Source of the DNA: Saccostrea cucullata
Taxonomy: Eukaryota
Reading direction: 5' to 3'
Assembly: GCF_032062105.1 (NCBI RefSeq)
Contig: NW_026931135.1
Span: forward strand, 248,001 to 312,000
Length of the DNA stretch: 64,000 bases
Within the stretch, counting starts at the first letter, position 1. Each line of letters opens with the position of its first letter. The notes under the pieces are model-generated. The model did no database searches, was not told where the DNA came from, and worked only from the letters and a program-made list of their open reading frames with translations. Position numbers and translations under genes: made by a program. Below are positions 53,077-64,000 of this stretch, piece after piece.

Positions 53077-53880
53077 CTGTCAACAAGAAAACAAGGTAAT
53101 TAAAATAATTATTTCTAATACTGTTTAACCTACCTGTTAAACATTTTTACACTTTTAGCATTGGTGGTATTAGATTTTTAATCTAGTTGTTTAGGATGAA
53201 ATATTATGTCTTTGTTATGTAGCAAGAACTTGCTGAATTTTGTAATAAAGAACTCAATACTACTTTTAAAGGGTCAGGAAAAATGACCAAAAGAAGGAGA
53301 GATATCATCTAATATATGTGAATGGGTGGAAGTACGTTTACAAACAAGAAGAAGAGGGGACAGACTGAAAAACAAGACAAGTGGACACCAACTACATTTC
53401 AAAACTCCGAATAGAGGATTCAAAAGCTCTGATATACCAGTGTGTAAACAAGATTAACACTCACCACTGGTGTAAGAAAAAGATTTTATGTTCTTAAAAT
53501 GTTACTTTCAAATTGAAAGAATAATTAGTTGAAAATATCCATCAAAGAAAGGTTTCAATAATAAGTGAATGCATAGACCTTAGGCTCAAAGGCATTAAAA
53601 TGACACAACCAAAAAGGAAGACGTAAAAACTAAAAGACTTCACCTAGCTCTCTTTACAATGACAAAGCTACAGTAATAGTTCAAGTGAATGCAAAAAAGG
53701 TGAAATGGAATATACATTGTATGGAAATAAGAATGCATAATACCTATATATCATTTTTTTTAAAATCCTATTATCAAAGTGGTGTTTTAAATATACCCTA
53801 TAGGCTAGTAGAATATCTGTTCTCTCCAATGATTGAAAATCACACCAGATTGTTTCTGAACCCTTCCAACATCTTCCTAC

Positions 53881-54017
53881 CTGAAGATTATAGTCCTGGA
53901 GGATTTTAACCAATGAGTCCCTTAATCCTGGGATTTCCATTCCGTTCTGAATTTGAGGGATCAGTCTGATGGGATCCACATGAGTCCCAATGTTGTGAAG
54001 TAATCCTTTGATAAAAG
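53881..54017 (-). CDS. VPS41: VPS41 exon (FIKGLLHNIGTHVDP..LQDYNLQ)
   Basis: gacAG|CT..CAG|GTagg. Confidence 0.92.
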
Positions 54018-54317
54018 CTGTCAACAAAAAGATTTCAGAGTTTGATTGTTTTGAGTCCTTTAACATCTTTAGTAAATGTATAGGCAACAGAAAAAACTTG
54101 ATATTTTGGGTTGGAATTATTAGGGTGGCATTTTTATTTGATGAATTCTGTCCATAGTTCAAATATTGAGATGCAGACATTTTCTTTAACTCTTTGCGGG
54201 TATTTATATGTAAATGATATACAGTTGGGTCTTGAACAGCATGCAGTAACTGAAAAGGACTACAGGTTCCTGAATTTTGGATTAAAGCTGTGGCTATAAT
54301 AAGGGGCGTAGTCTTAC

Positions 54318-54458
54318 ATGGTTTGTCTATGCTGAATTTAATGAGATCCGCCCACAGCTCCTCGTTATTCTTGTCCTTACAGAACTCAATAGCCTGGGTA
54401 ACGTCCTTCAACTTTGTTGTAATCAAGGTCAAGGCCTTCTTCAGATCTCCCATACGAC
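54318..54458 (-). CDS. VPS41: VPS41 exon (RMGDLKKAL..SIDKP)
   Basis: ttAG|GT CGT ATG..CCA T|GTaag. Confidence 0.92.
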
Positions 54459-54668
54459 CTAATTAAAGAAGAAAAGGAATATAATCTCAAAAGGGTTAAT
54501 TTCAGATGATTTTTATACCCCCCGCTTGAAAAGAGGGAGGGTATATAGTAATCGTTATTTCCGTCCGTCCGTCCGTCCGTCTGTTAAGCTTTGGGGTACC
54601 CATCTCTTATCCGCAACTCCTCTTAAACCACTGAGTGAAATTTCAAAAAAACTTTCACAGAATCTATA

Positions 54669-56674
54669 TACTGTAAACCAATTATTATACGCGTCATTTT
54701 GTATTCGCGACTGACCGCCAGGGAACTTATCCGCGACGATTTATTTCCGCGAACGAGTGGTCACATTTTTTTTTATTTCCACGAGTATTTTGAATCAAAT
54801 AAAAATTTTATATCCGCCCATAAACTACGTAAAATGGTAGCGTGAGGTCTGCTTACGCATTATTCAAGACATTGTTTGCATTGCGTCCATTTAAAATCTT
54901 ATATCCGCCCCTAAAGTAGATGAAATGTTTACCATGAGTATACTTCATTCGCATTTTCACAACGCTCAAACGAAAATTATCGGGGGAAAATCTTGGAGAT
55001 TAAAATTGATTTAAAACTGTCAATTGTAAAAGTGCCTCATACTAATTGGGTAATCGACGCTTTCTAAGATCTACACAGCCAAGGGGCAATTATTATAAAT
55101 GATTGGGACAGAGCAGGACTTGGCCATAATTAGATATAATGATTAACCAGGCTATCTCTGTCTCGTCTGTAACAATAAATGAACAATAATAACACAAGCT
55201 GAAATAATTATTGACATTTTAATCATTTTTAGACAAATGGTTTTAGATTTGTCATTCGTTTTTATTTTTTCTGAATGTTTGTAATTAAATTTCAGCTGCT
55301 TCTTGTACACTAACTGTAAAGTTCTTCCGTGATTACTCGTTGAACCGTCGGGATCGGTATTGTAAAAAGGGCAAATAACTCTAAATAAATCACAAGTAAC
55401 AGCTTTTTAAAAAGCTTGCCTGACTAAATCAATCAATATCTGCATGAGGAGTGAAAAACCTTTTGAGCAATTACTTTTGTTTTTGAGAAACTTGCATAAA
55501 AGAAATCTTGATTTAACTGTTAGAAGAATCATCTCTACACTGCATATACTAAAGAGTTTGTATTCTGTGGGGGTTTTCTGCAAATGAAGTGATCTGCCCT
55601 TGGACTTAATTGATTTCGAGCTACTTATATTGTAACACTTATAATAAAATATGTTACGAAATTATGCATTGTCAACATTCTAAAAATTGATATAATTAAA
55701 GACACATTTTGTTGGAGTGTATTTTCTCCACTGAAGTATACAGAAGTTATGTGTGTTAATCATTATTTTTTTCATAAAAGGGGGGGGGGGGTAGTCCCAC
55801 TATCATATAATGAGAATGAAATAAGTAAATTCGCTACTTAGACCTGTGTAGAAATATAAAGATTTTGCACTTGTTTCTTATTTATTGTGTGCATCAGAAC
55901 AGAGACATATAATTGTTCATGCATCTGGAGACCATGACTTTGTTGAAATGAGTTTATTATTATCGGACTAGTCCATTTATGGAATAAACCAACCGCGGGA
56001 TCGGGAAACAAATTCGAAAAATCATTTCTTTTTTAGTGTTGCATGTCTGTATACTGTTATATTATACGATATGCTGTTTAAAAGAATGAGATAAAACATT
56101 CATTTGTAGACAGAATTTCTGAAACATCAGAAGGAGGTTAAAAGAATAAATTCTAATTCCATGGAAGTTAAAACATCCATTCATACAATTGAACAATCCA
56201 AGGAAAAGGCGCGAAGAAAGCAGTGACATTTGGCGCGAAAAGAGCGATTACCCCTTTAGTAGAATATAAATGGACTGATCCAGTAGTATAGAAATGCAGA
56301 AAAAAGGATATACGGACATGTTGAAAAGGTGAATCACATCGAATAATCGTTCCATGCAAAAAGATTAAAGGAAGTAAAGGCTACAGTATGTTGCATCAGT
56401 AATGTCATTATTTTTTCTGAAAGTCGTTTCTTTTAAAATGCAGGTTAAGAATTTCAATGTAAATCAGCTTGCACAAAATCTAGCTCTCTAGGTATGATCT
56501 ATTAGTTTCGGATCTAGCAAATATCAATCCTTATACAGCCTGACGCCATGACGTCAGGCAATGATATGGGAATATAATGCACAACTGGTTCGCGACGATA
56601 AATATCCGCGAGCAGAGGTTACTCGCGGAACTCGCGGATATTTATCGCACGCGTATAATACTTGGTTTACAGTA
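54669..56674. mobile_element. TA-flanked TIR element nested in the HINE
   Basis: TACTGTAAACCAA ... TTGGTTTACAGTA; CGCG-rich subtermini. Confidence 0.8.
55401..56562 (+). mobile_element. Innermost nested element, homolog of 17891-24472
   Basis: Same start (AGCTTGCCTGAC) and same end (GCCTGACGCCATGACGTCAGGCAAT). Confidence 0.65.
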
Positions 56675-57180
56675 ACATAATGCCATTGTGCACCTCCTAT
56701 TTCATTTTTTGATCCGACAAATAGTTTGGAATTCCCGGCCACCGCAAAACATGGACTTATGCAATTATAATCATATGGGAGGCGGGGGGTATTATTTAGT
56801 GAGCTCATTGCTCACAGTACCTCTAGTTGTATTTGTTGTTATTGCATTTACAATTTAATTGTAGAAAGTGTGAATAGTTATTGAAATATATGCAGGACAT
56901 AAAGTTTGATGGACAAATTAGATAGTAGAAGATTGGAAGGACAGACGGAAATGGACAACACAAATACATATAGCTACTGACATGCATAAAACGTTCTTTC
57001 AGAGACCAAACCGGACCAAAATTGACTATGTAGGGTTAAGCGATGGCTAGACAGATAGACAAGATTATTGATAACTAGGTCACCCCCACCCCTCCAGCTT
57101 TGTGAAGGATAAAGTAAATTCAAGAATAAAGCTACAGACACAAACCTGGTCAGCCACCTGAATATTGTGTTTGAGAGGGG

Positions 57181-58355
57181 TATGATAAGACTTACCCAGT
57201 AGATAAACCTGTTCAGGAATTAGCTCTCGGACTTTGCACTCATCCATGGCTCTATGTAGTGAATTATCAAAAGACCTACCCAGTAAATAGACTTGTTCAG
57301 GAATAAGCCCTCGGATCTGCCACTCGTCCATGGCTCTTTGTAGTGAATTATCATTAGACTTACCCAGTAAATAGACTTGTTCAGGAATAAGCCCTCGGAC
57401 CTGCCACTCGTCCATGGCTCTATGTAGTGAATTATCATTAGACTTACCCAGTAAATAGACCTGCTCAGGAATTAGCTCTCGGACTTGGCACTCGTCCATG
57501 GCTCTATGTAGTGAATTATCATTAGACTTACCCAGTAAATAGACCTGCTCAGGAATAAGCCCTCAGACTTGGCACTCGTCCATGGCTCTCTGTAGTGAAT
57601 TATCATTAGACTTACCCAGTAAATTATACCTGCTCAGGAATGAGCCCTCGGACTTGAAACTCGTCCATGGCTCTCTGTAGTGAATTATCATTAGACTTAC
57701 CCAGTAAATAGACCTGCTCAGGAATGAGCCCTCGGAGTTGACACTCGTCCATGGCTCTCTGTAGTGAAGTATCATAAGACTTACCCAGTAAATAGACCTG
57801 TTCAGGAATGAGCCCTTGGACTTGGCACTTGTCCATGGCTCTCTGTAGTGAATTATCATAAGACTTACCCAGTAAATAGACCTGTTCAGGAATGAGCCCT
57901 CGGACTTGACACTCGTCCATGGCTCTCTGTAGTGAATTATCATAAGACTTACCCAGTAAATAGACCTGCTCAGGAATTAGCCCTCGGACTTGACACTCGT
58001 CCATGGCTCTCTGTAGTGAAGTATCATAAGACTTACCCAGTAAATTATACCTGCTCAGGAATTAGCCCTCGGACTTGACACTCGTCCATGGCTCTCTGTA
58101 GTGAAGTATCATAAGACTTACCCAGTAAATAGACCTGTTCAGGAATGAGCCCTCGGACTTGACACTCGTCCATGGCTCTCTGTAGTGAAGTATCATAAGA
58201 CTTACCCAGTAAATAGACCTGTTCAGGAATGAGCCCTTGGACTTGGCACTCGTCCATGGCTCTCTGTAGTGAAGTATCATAAGACTTACCCAGTAAATAG
58301 ACCTGTTCAGGAATGAGCCCTCGGACCTGGCACTCGTCCATGGCTCTCTGCAGTG
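57181..58355. repeat. 14 x 84-bp minisatellite made of VPS41 exon end plus splice donor
   Basis: GAC(T/C)TACCCAGT at 57189, 57273, 57357, 57441, 57525, 57609, 57694, 57778, 57862, 57946, 58030, 58115, 58199, 58283; two units are 85 bp. Confidence 0.97.
58290..58353 (-). CDS. VPS41: VPS41 split exon, 3' half (LQRAMDECQVRGLIPEQVYLL)
   Basis: Continues 60463-60591 in frame once the TE and one TG are removed; donor CTG G|GTAAGT. Confidence 0.75.
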
Positions 58356-60462
58356 CACTCTTAAAAAAGTTTTACTTAGTAGTCATTTTTTACTTGAAAT
58401 AACAAAGATAAGTAATAGATAATTACTAAGCATTTACTTAAAATTTTAAATCAATTACTGAAATATATGTCAATTACTAAATTCAAATGTTTTACTTGAT
58501 TTTTGTATTTTAACGAATTGTTTTACTTACATACTAAAAAGTTTTACTTAGTAATTTATATTTACTTAAATTTGTGTATATAAGTAATAACATTACTTGG
58601 TCTTTACTTACATTTTACCACTATTTACTATATAACATATTTTTTTGCCCCCGTAAACGAAGTTTCGGGGGTATATAGTTTTTGTAGTGTCCGTCTGTCT
58701 GTCTCTCTGTTTGTCTGTTTGTCCGCACAAACTTTAACCTTGCCCATAACTTTTGATTTACCGGAGCTATGACTTGTATATTTCATGTCTATTCCTTTTG
58801 ACAAGACCTTTCTTTGAGTATCACCAAATTTGACCTTTTGACCTTGACCTTGGAGTTTGACCCACTTTTACAAATTCCAAACTTTATCTTTAGCAGTAAA
58901 TACCAGGACATTAATACGTCACATATATATTCTTTGTTGAAAGACCTTTCATTGGATACCAACAACCATGACCATTTGACCTTGACTTTGGAGATTTCGA
59001 TCTATATGAAAAAACTTTAACCTTGGCCATTACTTTTGAACGATAAGGGATAGGGCTTTCACACTTACATATATGTAATTCCTGTGAGAAGACCATTCAT
59101 TGGATACCAAGAACTTTGACCCTTTGACATTAACCTTGGAGTTTGACCCACTTTTAAAAAGCAAACCTTGACTTTAACTTTAAAAAGGTTAGGGTTAGTG
59201 CATTCAAACTTTACATATTTCATTCTTGTGACAAGACCTATCTTTGGGTACCACCAAATCTGACCCTTTGTGAATTGTCCTTGACCTTGGAGTTTGATCT
59301 ACATTTCAAAATTGGAAACTTTGACCATAACTTCTGAAGGGTTGGGGCTAGTGCTTTCATATTTCAGATATGTATTTTTTGTGGCAGGACCTTTCATTAG
59401 ATACCAATAACATTGACCATTTGACCTTGACCTTTGAGATATCAAGAAATACCAATATATTGAATTTGCATATAAGAAAAGTTTAACCTTTGCTATCTTG
59501 CCATAATGGGGGGGGGGGGGGTATCAGTGTTTCACAAACACATCTTGTTTAAATTGTATTTAATTGATTTACTTAAAACAATAATTTATTTACTGAATCA
59601 AGGAGAATTCAGAGCAGTTGTAATACAAATAATTACTTAATATATAATTTTGGCTTCCATCTTAATTGTCTGTGGGGAGGAGTTGTTATCTTTCTTCTAA
59701 ATATTCCTTCATATGAAAAAAAAAATCATACTAATTAAAATGTTGTATTAGGTATTTGAAACTTTAAACCATTTTTAAAATGGTCCTTAAAAAGATACAA
59801 CGTATTTAATTTATAAGGCTTTTAATACTGGAATTAAATGTTTTATTGTTAAATATAATAAAACAATTACAAAGAAATTAGCAAAACAAATAGAAAGTAA
59901 TTGTTACCATACCATGTAGATCTCATCTAATTGATTACTCAGAAAGCTCAATTAGGAAACTGTGATCAAGAAAACTGTGATTAGTCTTACATTTTATACT
60001 TTCATAGTTACATGTATCTCCTTAATTCATCAGAGGGTTGATACCTTGCAGTTTTTCTAGTAAATAATGTCGATTTTAGTAAATATGATAAGTATTTCAT
60101 TTACTTAGTATTCTCTTAAGTAATAATATTCTAGATTTTAATTAATTTCAGAATTACATTTACTTTGTAATAATTCATAAAATCTAGTATATAGAAAGCA
60201 TATTATCTCTAAATTAAGTAATAAAAATTTACTAAAAATGAGTAGTTCATTTACTAAGTAATATAATTCCTATTACGTATTGATACTTAGTAAATCATTT
60301 TATAAGTAAATGAATTCATCCTTATTACTAATTATGCTTACAATTACTAACCATGATAGTCATTTACTTGCTATTCTGACTAAAAGGATTACTAATAATT
60401 ACTAGTTTTTCTTAATCTAATATCTTATTTTAAAAACAACAAGTAAAACTTTTTTTAGAGTG
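58356..60462. mobile_element. CMC/EnSpm(CACTA)-like non-autonomous transposon inside a VPS41 coding exon
   Basis: TG|CACTCTTAAAAAAGTTTTACTT ... AAGTAAAACTTTTTTTAGAGTG|TG: 22-bp TIR, 2-bp TSD; TTACT/AGTAA subterminal repeats. Confidence 0.88.
58640..59550 (+). mobile_element. Helentron/HINE with satellite-like monomers nested in the CMC element
   Basis: CCCCCGTAAACGAAGTTTCGGGGG palindrome, GTCT microsatellite, TGACCTTGACCTT monomers, end GTGTTTCACAAACACATCTTGTT. Confidence 0.8.
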
Positions 60463-60591
60463 TGGGTAGTGGATGCTGCTCTTTAGGAAAGGAAGTAACT
60501 TCCTTGGAGCGAATTCTGCATACAGCTTGACAAGTTGTCCGCGGTACGCCTGACAAACCTGTTGTTCTTTCTGACATACTCGATCCAGATA
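60463..60591 (-). CDS. VPS41: VPS41 split exon, 5' half (YLDRVCQ..LLPFLKSSIHYP)
   Basis: ctcAG|TAT CTG GAT; ends at the TE terminus. Confidence 0.8.
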
Positions 60592-60820
60592 CTGAGGAGA
60601 TCGTACTACTAAAAAAAGTCTTTACAACAATAATATTTAAATTTCAAAATGTCAGACAGTCTTAATTAAGAGATACATGTAATTGAAGCAAACGGTTAAC
60701 GTTATATCTCTTTGTTACATGCTCAAAAATATTTGTTTAAATGTTGTATAAAAAGGTGAAAATAAAAATTAATCTAAGTGTTTGACATTTCTTTAAGAAA
60801 TTTTGTAATTATCTGCATAC

Positions 60821-60871
60821 TGCCAACAAGAACTTCTTGTGGTACTCCAGCAGCTTGACAACTTGTTCAAT
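60821..60871 (-). CDS. VPS41: VPS41 51-nt exon (IEQVVKLLEYHKKFLLA)
   Basis: Donor GCA|GTatgc; expected acceptor reads cAAA, not AG. Confidence 0.7.
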
Positions 60872-61374
60872 TTTGAATTCAGAATATATAACTTGAAACA
60901 AACAATAAAAAATATATAGCTTTTATTAACCAATACTGAATATTTAGCTCTATGGACATACGCAAGGTAGTTAGAACTTTTTTGTCTTTTTCCACAGAGT
61001 TGAAGAGTTCCAATTCTTGTAGCTTAATGTACTGTTTGCTGTTTTTTAATGTCTATATGCGGCGTTGTACACTTCCTCTGAAATAATTTTGGATAAAAGA
61101 AACATCTAGATATATGTTTAGTATTTTTATATGTTTTGCTTTTAATTACTAAAGAATTCTCATCAATTGATATCTTTCAAAAACACCTGGTAATGCATAC
61201 TGATTTTCTGTCTTTGAACATCTGATGACACTATAATCTTAAATAAAGAATATCTTTGAACATTATTAGAACGTAAGGTACGTTGCCTATATTCTTAACA
61301 ACCCGCAGTGAAGCATAGGAATCCTAAGGTACAGAGGGCCTCTACACTACAGTTATACATTCGAGATGTTTTGT

Positions 61375-61800
61375 AAATCAGATGTGAATACTTCCAAGGA
61401 GTTTTAAGAAAATTTGAATTTTTTTAGCCAAAATCAACAAAATAAAAATTTATCAACTTTATATTCAACAATTCCCCATGATAGATTAAAATCCAGGCTT
61501 TTTTACATCATTGTGACAGCTGCTTTTTCAATGAAAATAAAACTAAAATCCAAGTACACTATTAATGGCCATTTGCATTTTTTGTTCAAAAAACTTATTC
61601 TTTAAACAATACTCTGAAATTGGTTTTAAAAAGATACAAGCGTTTCTGCTTTACAATATAGTATGTGATTTTTGGAGACTACTTCTTCAATCTATTAGAA
61701 TTTCTATGAGTACTAATGGAGCCCTGCATGTTATAAGCAAGCCTTTTTTGAATTCATATGAACCAGAAATATGTCAAAATCTTATATATTCGTATTCAGA
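61375..61800 (+). mobile_element. Old degenerate Penelope-like RT fragment
   Basis: STLYSTIPHDRLKSRLF and NSYEPE remnants parallel 47000-47430. Confidence 0.65.
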
Positions 61801-63376
61801 AGAAAATCCTTGTTACTAGATCAATACTTTTTACCGGAATACAAGTTATGAGGGAAATTTTTATTTTACTTTATTTTATTTAAAATAATAATTATGATTA
61901 CATATGCGTAGACGTTTTGAGGAAATCTTTCAAAATTAAAGTGGTTTGTTATTCAACCGAAAAATATCAAGATCACTCCAAGCGAAATCACCATAGAAAA
62001 AGGTAATAATTGTTCGATATAGCATTTTGGACTTGAATACATAAGAAGTTGAAATCTGCATGGCGACACTAGTCCTATCTTATAAAAGAAAAAGAAAGTT
62101 CAATGTACATTTTGCAAGTTATAACCCGTGTTTTCCTTTTGCTATGTGTAAGGTATCATACTGTTTGGAAAATAATCATACTTGTATATTTTTTTCCTGT
62201 TCAGATCTATCTGCGGCCTTTGTTACCATTGTTACAGTGTTTGAAATGTTGATTGTGGTGTCACGATGCCACTGCACGTACGCCGTCCCTCCAGTGAATA
62301 CTCGGTCGATCATTGAGTTTTTTCGGGATATATAAGAAATATGTCAGCGAAAATGTGTCTTTTAAACTTCTTCATAGTATGAATATGGTTAAAAATTCGA
62401 AAAAGCAAGATTCTTTTGTCACATCACATCTGGAGACAAAAAACTGCCTACTTTTTAGACAACTTGAACAACAACAAAAAATTAATTAGCAAAAAATGCC
62501 CTTATTCAATGTTTGAAAATTTACGTCGAAATGCAAGATTGGTGAAGCTGAGCTCAATATTGCACAGGGCATAGTTAAACAAGACATGATCATGAGAAAA
62601 CATGTCATGTTTACATTTCTCGAGTACGGGAAAACCCTACTGTGACGTAAGACATAACTACAAAATATGTCCGTCAACAACCATGTAAAAATATTTTTTG
62701 TGTTCTGTAATTCCTGTAAAATCTCACCATGTACTGATCATGACCCGTTTTTATGATATTCTACTACCTGTGTTTTACCTTGTATATAATCTTACTTTAC
62801 TAAGATCCACTATGACGTCAGCAACTCGTTGGACGCGCAGTGGACGCGCAGAAGAGAAGATCAACCTATTCCGTAATTTTAAAATATTTGCAAGAAAGTT
62901 TGAACGTTTTTAGATATTTTTATACAAAATGGTGAACTCAAACAAACAGTCATTTTTGTTTACAAATACTGTGGTTGTGAAAATTTCAATGATTTGACAA
63001 AAACCGCGCAAGTCTAGAAAACTATCTCACCTGTATGAAATGCAACAAAGACAGTCAAGATTCAGCTTTCCACTGAAATCCTGTCTATCCTGGCCGCTCA
63101 TTTTATACTAGATGTAGCTTTGTAGATTAACATCTCCATATTTGTGACTCCTTCGAAATTTGCAATAATTACTTCAAATCTTAATTTGAATTTATATACC
63201 ATTACTTCTGATTTTGAGTACGTTTTAAACTTTTAATGCACTTTTAAAATAATTTCCAATCTTTTGCATTATCTTTAAATATAATTTATTGTAGCTAATT
63301 TATCCAAATATCTGACCTCTGGTCACTTCAATACTATAGGTTTCTTCTTCACCCTAACCAAATACATCTTTTTGTA

Positions 63377-63658
63377 ATGTTATTCGGCATTCCCCCACCG
63401 ACCATAGACTGGACTAGTTCGAATTTGCCCGAAGCCTGGAAAAAAATTGAACAACATGTGAAGCTGATTTTCGCAGGTCCATTGAAAGAAAAGGACGAAG
63501 AAGAACAAGTTTCATTACCTATATTGGGGATTGGCGAGAAAGGTCGTGATATTTATAACACTTTCCCAGCATTTTCGAACGATGACATGAAGAAACTACA
63601 ACCACACTATGATAGATTTCTCAGGTACGTTCAACCCAAGTTAAACCCAATCTTTGCA
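63377..63658 (+). mobile_element. Ty3/Gypsy gag N-terminal fragment
   Basis: DW.S.NLPEAWKK..QH..LIF.GPLKEKDEEEQ...IGEKGRDIYNTF..F..YVQPK.N.IFAR pattern; cut off by a MITE. Confidence 0.7.
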
Positions 63659-64000
63659 AGGGCTAAGACGATACAACTTTTTCTATATCGAGCCACGATA
63701 CGATATGTTTAATTGCTTATTAAATCTGTTTTTGCATTGAAAATAAACAGATTATTTCTTTGCAAATAAGAATAATTTACTCAAAATAGTTGTTTATATG
63801 TTGTAAAACAAAAATATTAAACTCAACTGGTGTTAATTATCATTTATTTCATATTTCTATTTATCTTATTTACTTTATATATTAAACATTAAATCAGATT
63901 TTTTTGGGCGTTATTTCGATATTTCTCCATATGTATCGATATGCGTATCGTCCTCACATATATCACGATATATCGATATCTCGATATATCGACCCAGCCC
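63659..64000. mobile_element. hAT-like MITE truncating the gag fragment
   Basis: AGGGCTAAGACGATAC ... CGATATATCGACCCAGCCC, with CGATA subterminal repeats. Confidence 0.55.

Larger units (their letters stand above)
54510..56828 (+). mobile_element. HINE/DINE-1-like element split by nested insertions
   Basis: TTTTATACCCCCCGC, (CCGT)n, GCGGGGGGTAT subterminal IR, 3' hairpin GTGAGCTCATTGCTCAC; homolog at 7641-7915. Confidence 0.8.
51615..60871 (-). pseudogene. VPS41: VPS41 (HOPS subunit) 3' portion, 8 coding exons, apparently disabled copy or allele
   Basis: Spliced translation IEQVVKLL..YLDRV..LYAEF..LLPFLKSS.HYPLQRA..VYLLGRMG..ELWADLI..IDKP.FIKGLLHNIGTHVDPI..MEIPGLRDSLVKILQDYNLQISLREGC..CPIC..FHCKHAFHEDCLP..CTICSTQRRGPGS matches the VPS41 CHCR and RING-H2 C-terminus; lesions: exonic TE and two AA acceptors. 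Confidence 0.8.

Noticed and set aside
53668-54453. Single 261-aa ORF
   Set aside because: Two VPS41 exons joined by a stop-free 300-nt intron with canonical splice sites
57181-58355. CRISPR-like array or a separate repeat-protein gene
   Set aside because: Head-to-tail units without unique spacers; derived from a VPS41 exon/intron junction
58356-60462. Transposon acting as a precise new intron
   Set aside because: No GT at its minus-strand start and no AG at its end

Overview
AT-rich, intron-containing animal DNA. The repeat families (Helentron/HINE elements with a ~166-bp satellite, a tRNA-SINE, Naiad-like Penelope elements) and gene families suggest a bivalve, probably an oyster (inference). 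There are four gene-like loci. (1) A decayed TRIM/NHL beta-propeller exon (~4.55-5.4 kb). (2) A spliced + strand gene for a signal-less trypsin-fold serine protease of the NAL1/Ssy5-like type (~6.3-11.4 kb). (3) An intact 7-exon + strand gene fusing a Roc GTPase-COR module to a C-terminal FAM111-like trypsin-2 serine protease (33.7-49.7 kb). This is the most interesting item: a candidate GTP/dimerisation-switched intracellular protease, possibly an innate-immune effector. (4) The 3' eight coding exons of VPS41 on the - strand (51.6-60.9 kb). This copy is damaged: a CMC/EnSpm-like transposon sits inside a coding exon, two acceptors read AA instead of AG, and two splice donors are amplified into minisatellites (14 x 84 bp and ~103 bp units). 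The rest is nested transposon debris. All family calls come from motif recognition by eye; no database search was run.
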